Under the pieces are notes generated by a model that made no database searches, was not told the origin of the DNA, and saw only the letters and a list, made by a program, of their open reading frames with translations. Positions 8,329-16,309 of a DNA stretch of 64,000 bases are shown in pieces; the stretch's first letter is position 1, and each line of letters begins with the position of its first letter. Position numbers and translations under genes: made by a program. Origin of the DNA: Chthoniobacterales bacterium (GTDB lineage Bacteria; Verrucomicrobiota; Verrucomicrobiia; Chthoniobacterales; DASVRZ01); assembly GCA_038230215.1 (NCBI GenBank), contig JBBRNR010000001.1, forward strand, positions 236,498-300,497. The letters are read 5' to 3'.

Positions 8329-9585
8329 CTAGCGGAGCTTTTTCGAAGGCGCCGGGCGTTGGAGGGGTGCCGGGATGAGCGAGGTCATCTTCGCCACAGC
8401 TTTGGTGGGGACTTTGGTCGTCACTTTGGGCACCGTTTTCGCGGTGGTCTTGGAAGCAGTCTTGGCGGGAGATTTTGGGGAAACTTTGGACGTCACCTGG
8501 GGGGCAGGAGTTGTTTTTTTGGCAGCGACTTTGATCGTGGTCTTCGCTGTCGGTGTTTTGGCTGGCGTAGTCTTAGTGGTGACTTTGGGTGCAATCACGG
8601 AAGCTAGAGCGGCCATCTTGAGTGTGGTGACAGGCTTTGGTGCCGCCTGTGGCGCTGGTGCGGCGATCTTCCGAGTAGTGACTGGCTTGGAAGCGTCCGG
8701 GGTCGGCGTGAGGTGTTTGACGCGAATGATGTTTTCCGCCTGGCTGACTCTACGAGTAATTTTTGGCTCGACGGATGCGGTGTCAGGCTGGATGCGTCGG
8801 GTGATTTTGGCGGTGCTTGCCGCCGAGACCTGCGGTTTGGACGGCATCACTGGGGCGTTGGCCAAATGCGGAATGCGGCGGGTGACCTTGGTGGAACTGG
8901 CCGCAGTTTTCGCAAATTCAGCGGCTTTCTCCTCGGCAGCTGGAGCGGCCTCATCATGGCGTCCCAAGCCGACCATTTTGAGGGCTTTTGTAACCATCGA
9001 GGGAGTTTTCTCTTCTGGCGCGGGAGTGGCCCGCATTTCAGTGAGCTGCTCAAGGACTGGGGCATTTGACAGGGTGGCGGGACGGACTTTTTTTGGGAAA
9101 CGAGAAAGAATGCCCTCAAGTGTGGCCTCCAACTGCTGCAGGCGGAAGGGTTTCACCAATATGGCCGAGTGCGTCTTCTCGATGAAGGCATCCACGGTCG
9201 GATTCAACTGGTGGCCGGTGATAAAGACGAAGCGATTGCAAAGCTCCGGACGCGTTTTCTGCACGGCCAAATAAAACATGTCGCCGGGCAGCTTGGGCAT
9301 CATCATGTCGCAAATGACTAGCTCGAAGTTGCTCTTGATGACTTCCTTGAGGCCATCAACGCCGTTGGCCACGGCCACTACCTGATAGCCGAGCGACTCG
9401 AGATATTCCCGCAGGATTAAGTTCGTTTGCGCCTCGTCTTCGAGCAGCAGAACACGCTCGGAGTGCTCCAAGGGCATCGGGATGGGCGGTTTTGCATCCG
9501 TGCCTTCGGGCTCACGAAAGGCCGCCGGACGAGTCTGATTGAAGCTACGAACAATATTGGTTCGAGGCAGGATGACTTTGGACAT
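8329..9585 (-). CDS. response-regulator receiver protein with long basic K/T/P/A-rich (histone-H1-like) C-terminal tail
   Basis: REC domain ..RVLLLEDEAQTNLILREYLESLGYQVV..LVICDMMMPKLPGD..ILVKPF... The C-terminal roughly 230 aa is low complexity with K[VI]TRR[IV] x3, KPVTT[RL]K[IM]AA x2 and many KxT/KTT units. Confidence 0.8.
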   Translation of the reverse strand: MSKVILPRTNIVRSFNQTRPAAFREPEGTDAKPPIPMPLEHSERVLLLEDEAQTNLILREYLESLGYQVVAVANGVDGLKEVIKSNFELVICDMMMPKLPGDMFYLAVQKTRPELCNRFVFITGHQLNPTVDAFIEKTHSAILVKPFRLQQLEATLEGILSRFPKKVRPATLSNAPVLEQLTEMRATPAPEEKTPSMVTKALKMVGLGRHDEAAPAAEEKAAEFAKTAASSTKVTRRIPHLANAPVMPSKPQVSAASTAKITRRIQPDTASVEPKITRRVSQAENIIRVKHLTPTPDASKPVTTRKIAAPAPQAAPKPVTTLKMAALASVIAPKVTTKTTPAKTPTAKTTIKVAAKKTTPAPQVTSKVSPKSPAKTASKTTAKTVPKVTTKVPTKAVAKMTSLIPAPLQRPAPSKKLR

Positions 9586-9716
9586 TTTAAATTAAACGGG
9601 TTGGGAAAAGTCTTGGACTCAATAGTTTGCAAGTTTGGGTTTCTTCTAAATAGCACCCTCTATGCCCGGAGTGCAGGCGAAGTTGCAAGGGAAAGACAGG
9701 TTCGCGAAAGAGAAAA

Positions 9717-10181
9717 CTACCGGGAAATGTCTCCTTGTGTGAGGATTTTGAACCCGGCCCCGCGCAAGACCGAGATCGCGCAATCGTCGTCGTCGGGATG
9801 AATGACCAGGGCCGAACGCTCATTCGGACGGGTCATTACGGGGTAGCTGTAATGAATATTCACTTCGGCCTGTAGTAGCGTCGCGAGCAATTTCCCCAGT
9901 TCGGTGCATTCCGTCATCTCCACCACCAGCACCTCGGTATGGCTATGGGCGATGCCTTGCTGGGCAAAAAGTTCCTTCACCAGATCGGGGTCGCTCACAA
10001 TCATGCGCACGATCGAGGAATCCGCCGAATCCTGCACACTGAGGGCGACGATCTCGACGTGCTCGCGGCTGAGCAATTTCACCAGATCCAGCAGAGCGCC
10101 GGCCCGGTTTTCGGCAAATACGGAGAAATGCTGCACGCGCGGTGCGGAAAGTTTTTCCAGAGTGTCGTAGGATTTATCCAT
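9717..10181 (-). CDS. tandem ACT-domain (amino-acid-binding regulatory) protein
   Basis: Start at MDKSYD (cat 10179-10181), 2 nt after the upstream stop. ..HFSVFAENRAGALLDLVKLLSREHVEIVALSV.. is an ACT-like pattern. The longer ORF to 10397 runs through the upstream gene. Confidence 0.6.
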   Translation of the reverse strand: MDKSYDTLEKLSAPRVQHFSVFAENRAGALLDLVKLLSREHVEIVALSVQDSADSSIVRMIVSDPDLVKELFAQQGIAHSHTEVLVVEMTECTELGKLLATLLQAEVNIHYSYPVMTRPNERSALVIHPDDDDCAISVLRGAGFKILTQGDISR

Positions 10182-10183
10182 GG

Positions 10184-10630
10184 CTATTTGTAAGCGTAGA
10201 GCAGGCAGGCCGTCGAGCTTTCCGAGTTGGAACTGTCGGCCACGGAGATTTTTACATAATAGGTGCCGCTGTAGGCTGCGGTGATGCCAGCAGCGGCGCG
10301 GGCTCCATCGGAAAAGGGCTGGATCGGGAGGACTTTGCCCGTTTCGTCGAAAAGGGTGACTTCCATTTTTTTCACAACGGGGGCAGTGGCGACGCAAAAC
10401 CAGTAGCTGTTCCCGGCGTAGAGGTTGACGGTGAAAATTTTCGACTCTCCTTTCTTGAGTTTGACCGAGAAAAAGCCGTCGCGCAGTTTGTAGCCGTCAT
10501 TAGCTGAAAATGCCCCCGCCAGATCGAAAGCGGCGCTCCGTGCGGCGACGGTTTGATCGTCCTCTGCGCGCAGTGATGCGACGGCCTGGGTCAACGTCAG
10601 GAACAAGAAAAGGAGGCGGCGCAGAGTCAT
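10184..10630 (-). CDS. secreted hypothetical protein (beta-rich)
   Basis: Signal peptide MTLRRLLFLFLTLTQAVASLRA. 4-nt overlap with the upstream gene. Confidence 0.6.
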   Translation of the reverse strand: MTLRRLLFLFLTLTQAVASLRAEDDQTVAARSAAFDLAGAFSANDGYKLRDGFFSVKLKKGESKIFTVNLYAGNSYWFCVATAPVVKKMEVTLFDETGKVLPIQPFSDGARAAAGITAAYSGTYYVKISVADSSNSESSTACLLYAYK

Positions 10631-11520
10631 TTCGTGGATGTGGTGATGATCGGCATGATCTGCGAGACGGCGGTGCGCAATGTCACCACCTCGGCCTGGG
10701 TCGGGGTGTGATCGATGGGATACGAGGCCAGGTCGTGCACGGCGAGAAGGCGTTTTTTCAAATCATGGATCAACGCCTGCTCCTGCAACGCCTGGGGCAA
10801 CTGCTCCATTTGCTTGTTCAGATAATCGATGATCGCGGGCTGTCGCAGCAATTTCGCGTCGTCTGGGTCGTAATTTTGCGCGACGACGCTGCTCACGACC
10901 TCGGTGCCGCGCACCCAGCCGCCGAGATTCACGAGAATGACGAGATCCTGGTCCTCCATGCTAGCCATGGCGGCGCGGACGTCATTTTGGGTAGCTTCGA
11001 GTTCCTCCTTGAGGGCGTTCCACTCATTATTTTCGGCGAAATCCGTGATGCTATTGCCGCGTCCGAGGACGTTCTGACTCACCCCAAGCTGCTTGGCGAG
11101 AGCGATGATGTCCTTGCCGATATTTTTCACCTGGCGTCCGTCCTGCGCCTCGACCGCGATGTAGCCGTCGGCAATTAAACCGCCGAGATTCAACGCAATC
11201 TGCGCCCGATTTCCATAAGTCATCGTCAGCGGAGTTCGATAAAAAAGCGTCCAGTTCGGACGATTCCGCTTCCCGATCGCCGCGAAAAATTCCCCCGGCA
11301 TGGGCAGCGTCAGATCATCGCTCTTCGCCGCTTGATCCATGTCGGACTTGGTCAGGGCCGCGACCTCGGGAACGATCAGTTTATTCGTCCCCTCGGCTGG
11401 TTCCGCTTTCAAAAAAGACACGCCCAAAAACAGGATACTGGCCGCGAGCAGGCAACGATGTGGGGTGAGACGGTGGCGCATGTTCGGACGAAAGCGTGCT
11501 GTGTTTTTAGAGGGATTCAA
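10627..11520 (-). CDS. secreted hypothetical protein
   Basis: 297 aa with an N-terminal hydrophobic signal (CLLAASILFLGVSFLKA). No family recognised. Lies 16 nt after the LolA-like gene. Confidence 0.6.
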   Translation of the reverse strand: MNPSKNTARFRPNMRHRLTPHRCLLAASILFLGVSFLKAEPAEGTNKLIVPEVAALTKSDMDQAAKSDDLTLPMPGEFFAAIGKRNRPNWTLFYRTPLTMTYGNRAQIALNLGGLIADGYIAVEAQDGRQVKNIGKDIIALAKQLGVSQNVLGRGNSITDFAENNEWNALKEELEATQNDVRAAMASMEDQDLVILVNLGGWVRGTEVVSSVVAQNYDPDDAKLLRQPAIIDYLNKQMEQLPQALQEQALIHDLKKRLLAVHDLASYPIDHTPTQAEVVTLRTAVSQIMPIITTSTK

Positions 11521-11536
11521 CGACCATTTCCAGAAG

Positions 11537-12256
11537 TTATTTTCCCAGCGGAGAAGTCACATTTGCCCCGGCTGGCGGGGTAAAATCGAAGGTCGACGCC
11601 GGAACTGGCTCGGTGCTCAGATCGGTCAGTTCGGTCTTGATTTTCTCGCCGCGCGTCGAGACGGTCTCGACCGATTGCAGTTCCAATCCCTTGTTAAAAT
11701 GTACCTCGAGTTGCGTCACCATGCGGCTGATCGCCCCCCGCTTCGGCGTGAGCTGAATCGAATATCCGCCCGGAGTCGCTTGGGCCTGAATCGTGAAATC
11801 GCGGTCCACTTGGGCGAAGTCCAGCCCAGTCGTAAACGCCGCGATTCCCTGGCTAATGAACTTCTGCTTTTTCAAGTCATACCGTTCCGCCTCCTGGAAC
11901 GCCGGGTAATACATCCAGAGAATTTCGCCGTTACTGACAATGATGCTTTCCTTGCCCGCGCCCCGGCTTTCCTTGCGAAATTTATCTGGCGTGGCATACC
12001 ACATTTTGCCCGTGCTGACCGAGGGCCGGGCGAGAATACCGCCGCTTTTTTCCTCGTGATAACTTGCCTGAATGAACGGCCTTGCCTGGCGCAGCGCGGC
12101 GATTTTTTCCACGAGCGTTTTCGTGGCCGCGCTATCCAATGGCTGAGCCTGGGCCAGACTGAGGAGCAGTCCAGACAGGAACAAAATTATACCATTGATC
12201 TGGATGAAGCTGGAGAAGAGAGGCGAAGAAATCGGCGATGCGTTGGGTGTTGACAT
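11537..12256 (-). CDS. LolA-like outer-membrane lipoprotein carrier family protein
   Basis: Signal-like N-terminus and LolA-style body (..GKMWYATPDKFRKES..IIVSNGEILWMYYPAFQEAERYDL..). The start is uncertain because ATG 12256 overlaps the upstream gene by 125 nt. Confidence 0.6.
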   Translation of the reverse strand: MSTPNASPISSPLFSSFIQINGIILFLSGLLLSLAQAQPLDSAATKTLVEKIAALRQARPFIQASYHEEKSGGILARPSVSTGKMWYATPDKFRKESRGAGKESIIVSNGEILWMYYPAFQEAERYDLKKQKFISQGIAAFTTGLDFAQVDRDFTIQAQATPGGYSIQLTPKRGAISRMVTQLEVHFNKGLELQSVETVSTRGEKIKTELTDLSTEPVPASTFDFTPPAGANVTSPLGK

Positions 12257-13061
12257 GGTGAGTTTGAGTTGGATCGTCGGCGCTGCTCATTTCGATGGGC
12301 GGATAAGCGTGCGACGCGTATTTCCCCATCGGCTGGGCGAAGACGAAAGCGGGTAAAATAGTCGCTCCCGTGTGTTGCCACAAGAGCGATGCAGCGTGTG
12401 AAAATTGGGTCGTTTTGCCAAACATCTCCACCGGCATTGACTGGCCGCCATACGGTCGATCCACCAACAGCGCGACGATCCCATTTTTGCGTAGCGTTTG
12501 GACTATGGAGAGAAAGGCAAACCGGTCATCACCCAGCGTGATGGTGTCGATGCCAAATTTCCGACGATATTTCTCGCGCCACTCTCCCACGTTTGCCACC
12601 GGCTCGGCTAGCGTGACGACCGTCACGGGAATGTGGCGTGCGGCCAGAAAAATCCCGCCCAATTCCCACGCACCAAGATGACCAGTGATCAGGACGGTCC
12701 CCTTCCCTCGGCCCTGCGCCGCCTGCAAATGCTCCAGCCCCGACCAGTCGCCCATGATCTCGGAGACCTCCTCCAGGCTGCCGTTCATGAAGACGATATT
12801 ATCGGCGATCATCTCGATGAAATGCACAAACACCCGCCGTCCAATCGCATCTAACTCCGGTCCTCTCGCCCCCGTGACAGGTCGCAGATTTTCCAGCATG
12901 ATCTCCCGCTGAGCATCGCATAAATCGTGGGCGAGATGCCCGATGAACCGCGCCAGTGCCAGCGTGACGAAACGCGGAAAGAGCGACGCCAGACGCAATC
13001 CCACCCGGAACGAGAGGGAGTTGTACCACGGGTTTGGCCGGTTAACTTCGCTTCCAGACAT
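12132..13061 (-). CDS. LpxL/HtrB-type lysophospholipid (lipid A-like) acyltransferase
   Basis: ..VLITGHLGAWELGG.. is the family HX4-type motif region, and the C-terminus ..HPDQWYNFVPVW is typical. Start taken at MSGSEV (13061). Confidence 0.7.
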   Translation of the reverse strand: MSGSEVNRPNPWYNSLSFRVGLRLASLFPRFVTLALARFIGHLAHDLCDAQREIMLENLRPVTGARGPELDAIGRRVFVHFIEMIADNIVFMNGSLEEVSEIMGDWSGLEHLQAAQGRGKGTVLITGHLGAWELGGIFLAARHIPVTVVTLAEPVANVGEWREKYRRKFGIDTITLGDDRFAFLSIVQTLRKNGIVALLVDRPYGGQSMPVEMFGKTTQFSHAASLLWQHTGATILPAFVFAQPMGKYASHAYPPIEMSSADDPTQTHHVNTQRIADFFASLLQLHPDQWYNFVPVWTAPQSGPGSAIG

Positions 13062-15522
13062 AGGCGGGCACGAGGAAAAACAACGTGGCAAACATGCTCC
13101 AGCCCACGCCGATCGCACAGAGCAATCCCAGTCCGCTCAGCGAGGGATTTTCCGCGAACCCGAGCGAGCCGAAACCGGCTGTCGCCGTCAGGGCGCTCAG
13201 CAAAACCGGTTTCAAAATGCCGCGCAACAACGTCTGATAATCGCCCACTTGCCTCGCCGCGAGCAGCACATAAATGCCGTAGTCCACCCCGACTCCGAGA
13301 ACCAGCGGAAAGGCGAGAATGTTAAACAAATTGAGCGGCAGTCCGATGATTTTGATCGTCGCCACCATCGCGCCAATCGAGAGGATGAGCGTAAGCATGA
13401 GGAGAAAAATCGGACGGAACTGGCGGAAGAGAAAGAGCAGCAGCACGATGTTAAAAAGCAGCATCGTCCCGGTAAGGATGACCAGTTTGCTCTGCGCCCA
13501 AGTGATCAGGTCGGCCAGGGTAAACGTCCAGCCCGTAAGATGCACCGGCACTCCGGGCGGGGTTACCAGAGTCAAAAATGCCGCTTTTTCCGCTGGGCTC
13601 GAAATGTTATGAAGCGGGGTTAGATAAGCGCAGGCGAGGTTCTTTTTGGAGCCGAAAAACTTATCCAGAACGAACCACCAGCTGGAATTTGGCGGGAGCA
13701 TTTCTTGAAAACTAAGTGCCGCCGGACCGATTTTGGCGACTTTCTGCAACTGGTCCAGCGTGCGGAATCCGCCAGCAAACGCCTCGGGCGAGAAACCTTC
13801 CTTTTCTAGAGTCTGGGTGAGCGAGCGGTGAATCGACTGGAAGTCGAGCCCAACGAGTTTCGCGGTATTGGCCTGCACATCGTCCGGCGACGTCACGAAA
13901 GCCGTCGGCGTGGTCACGCTCTTGAGTTTCCCCTCGGCCAGCAGTTTTTGCCAGTGGACTTCGGTCGCGGTCCAGCGACGGTGAAATTCCCTCGCGTCGG
14001 GCGCATCGATGATCGCCAAGACCAGTTCGTCGCCAGTCGGGGACATTTTTTCCTGAATCTTCCGCAGGGCGTAACCGGCGGGAATGTTCTTCGGCTCGAG
14101 CGATTGCGGATTTGGCTCGATCTTGAGCGTGGCGATGGGCAGAACGGCGAAAATCGTCAGGCCAGCGAGCAGGATCAGGCAGCACCAAAGGACGGCTTTT
14201 GGCCCGCGAAAAAGCGACCCCAGATAACGATCCAACCCGACCGTGAGCAGATCGCTTTTGATCGGACGATGCTTCGAGCCAATGAACAAAAAGAAGACGG
14301 TCATCATCAAACCCGCCGCCAGCAAAATGCCAAAAGCGATTAGTAAACCAAGTTGCGCAAAGCCCTCGCAGCCGCTTAAAAGCAGCGCACCGAAGCCCGC
14401 CGCCGTCGTCGCAGCGCCGAAAAGAATGCCACGTCCGAGTTGCTTGATGGCAGTCGCAATCGCGTCCTCGTGGGTCGCCCCAGACTCGCGCGAGTTCTGG
14501 TAGGAACCATAGAGCAGCATTCCGAAATCAACTCCGAGTCCGATCAAAATGGAGCAAAAACCAACGGTGATTCCATTCAAGGCCGGGAAGCAGAGCGTGC
14601 CCAGAGCGATGGCCAAAATGCAGCACAAAAAGAGCACATGGATAATCGCGATAAGCGGTCGCACCCGACGGAATCCATAATAGAAAACCCCCGCCACCAG
14701 TAAAATAGAACCCAGCATGGTGGAGACGATGTCGCGTTCCATGCCTTTAGACATCTGTGCCACGTAGGGCGTGCGACCAGTCACCACAATTTGCGGGGCC
14801 AAACCACTCCATGAACTGATGACACGTTGATTGAAGTCGTTCACTTTTTTCATCAGCTCGCGGCATTCAAACGGGCCGTCGCCAGGCTGATTCGTCAGCA
14901 CCATCACCAAATGCATCGTGCCGTCGGCAGAGACCAGCGGCTGGGCTTTTTCCATGGAAAAGGAACTCGCCAGCGGCTTCATCGCGGGGATGACCAGTCC
15001 GAGTGGATCGAGGGTGAGCTGTATCTCGGCGCGGGGCGAACCGGACTCGATGGCCTGGCGTTGTTGGTGGAGCCGGGCGGCCATTGCTTCGGGTTGGAGT
15101 TGGGCCAGGGCGGCATCGAACTCGACTGCGGGCAGATTGAAAAGCAGCGGCAGCGCGAGCGACTGGACCTCCTCCATACCGTTGGCTTTTTCCATGGGCG
15201 AACGGTCGAGGAAACGGGTGACCCAAGGTTCGGCGGGGAGCATGGTCGAGAAATGTTCGGCAAATCCCTCGAGGTCGGCCTTCCCGGTTTCGTCCAATAG
15301 ACCGAAAGTCAGCTCACGATTTTTGCTAAATTGCCCGCTGTAAACCTTGAGCGACTCGACGGTGTCAAAGCCGGACGGGAGGAGGTTGAGAATCTCTGTG
15401 TCGAAGCGGAGTTTGAACGCGAGCGTCGTCAGCGCGACGACCATTACGGCGGCCAAACTCAGCAGCCAGGCCCGACGGCGATGAACGATGGAATGCGCGA
15501 TGGCGCGACTCGGTGACGACAT
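13042..15522 (-). CDS. MMPL/RND-superfamily exporter (two 6-TM bundles with large loops)
   Basis: 826 aa with two hydrophobic blocks separated by soluble regions and a GxxxD-rich TM signature (..LGVGVDYGIY.. / ..IGLGVDFGMLL..). Confidence 0.75.
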   Translation of the reverse strand: MSSPSRAIAHSIVHRRRAWLLSLAAVMVVALTTLAFKLRFDTEILNLLPSGFDTVESLKVYSGQFSKNRELTFGLLDETGKADLEGFAEHFSTMLPAEPWVTRFLDRSPMEKANGMEEVQSLALPLLFNLPAVEFDAALAQLQPEAMAARLHQQRQAIESGSPRAEIQLTLDPLGLVIPAMKPLASSFSMEKAQPLVSADGTMHLVMVLTNQPGDGPFECRELMKKVNDFNQRVISSWSGLAPQIVVTGRTPYVAQMSKGMERDIVSTMLGSILLVAGVFYYGFRRVRPLIAIIHVLFLCCILAIALGTLCFPALNGITVGFCSILIGLGVDFGMLLYGSYQNSRESGATHEDAIATAIKQLGRGILFGAATTAAGFGALLLSGCEGFAQLGLLIAFGILLAAGLMMTVFFLFIGSKHRPIKSDLLTVGLDRYLGSLFRGPKAVLWCCLILLAGLTIFAVLPIATLKIEPNPQSLEPKNIPAGYALRKIQEKMSPTGDELVLAIIDAPDAREFHRRWTATEVHWQKLLAEGKLKSVTTPTAFVTSPDDVQANTAKLVGLDFQSIHRSLTQTLEKEGFSPEAFAGGFRTLDQLQKVAKIGPAALSFQEMLPPNSSWWFVLDKFFGSKKNLACAYLTPLHNISSPAEKAAFLTLVTPPGVPVHLTGWTFTLADLITWAQSKLVILTGTMLLFNIVLLLFLFRQFRPIFLLMLTLILSIGAMVATIKIIGLPLNLFNILAFPLVLGVGVDYGIYVLLAARQVGDYQTLLRGILKPVLLSALTATAGFGSLGFAENPSLSGLGLLCAIGVGWSMFATLFFLVPAYVWKRS

Positions 15523-15531
15523 CGGACAGGG

Positions 15532-15951
15532 TTAACGCTGGGGGCGTTGAAGCCGGAATTGAACGCCGGGACCGCTGGCTGTCGGCTTTGGCGCGCCTGT
15601 ATTTTCCAATGCGGCGGTGGTTTCGCGATACCAGCCCGTGAGGTGACTAGGAGCTTTCTCGACCGGCCCGTGGAAGGGCCAGTGGGCGAGCAGTCCAGAG
15701 GCCCAGCCCTCGTCGCCGGCGCGGTCGAGTTTGAGTAAAATGGCCCCAGCCTTGCTCACTTCCATGGAGTATTCGCGAGGGTGGGCGACTCGCAGGGTGA
15801 CGTCGGCGACGATGGTGCGTTTCGTATCGGCATAGCGCACCTGGCCGCTGAGGGTTTTCCAGTTCGCCCCCGGTGTAGGCGTCGCGGCTGGCTTCGGCAG
15901 GAGCGCACAGGAGGTGAGAAAGACGAGCACGGATAACAGGAAAACTCGCAT
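15532..15951 (-). CDS. lipoprotein of unknown function (LolB/DUF3261-like role suspected)
   Basis: Start at MRVFLLSVLVFLTSC with lipobox LTSC (cat 15949-15951). Lies 9 nt upstream of the MMPL gene. Confidence 0.55.
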   Translation of the reverse strand: MRVFLLSVLVFLTSCALLPKPAATPTPGANWKTLSGQVRYADTKRTIVADVTLRVAHPREYSMEVSKAGAILLKLDRAGDEGWASGLLAHWPFHGPVEKAPSHLTGWYRETTAALENTGAPKPTASGPGVQFRLQRPQR

Positions 15952-16199
15952 GATGGAATTCCAACTCGACTGGGTTTTCTCGTCTCGCATTGGGGTTATA
16001 AATGGTGGCATCGGGGTCGTGATTTTTAGCAGCGATTCTTCCGCTTGCAAATGTTTCCCTGTCCCGCAGTAACCCTTGGTGAGGAGATATTGGCGAGGCT
16101 ATCTCCGCTGGGCTCCGCAATCGGTTTTTTCTCCCACGGCGCATACATGAAGTCATGCACTTTCGGCGTGCTTCGCGAGTTAAGCTGAAGGAAGCGCAA

Positions 16200-16260
16200 G
16201 GGGCGGGAATTTCTACCGAGAAGAGCTCACAAGGACACTCGGCACAGAAATCCCGCCCCC
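16200..16260. other. long inverted repeat / hairpin downstream of the beta-helix gene
   Basis: ggggcgggaatttct (16200-16214) pairs with agaaatcccgcccc (16246-16259). An inner ccgag/ctcgg pair extends the stem. No clear T-run follows. Confidence 0.5.
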
Positions 16261-16309
16261 GCCAGCAATCGACGGATAACTAAGTCATCGAATCTTCGAC
16301 GCCTTTAAC

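Noticed and set aside
9717-10397. N-terminally extended versions of several ORFs from the track (9717..10397, 18586..19863, 41402..42238, 43549..44520, 55587..56513, 58114..59175, 15532..16050, 48120..48611, 50643..53471, 53475..54971, 34141..35877)
   Set aside because: The extensions overlap the upstream gene or translate to Arg/Pro-rich junk. Internal Met codons coincide with family-typical N-termini, signal peptides or lipoboxes, and with ATGA-type coupling to the upstream stop.
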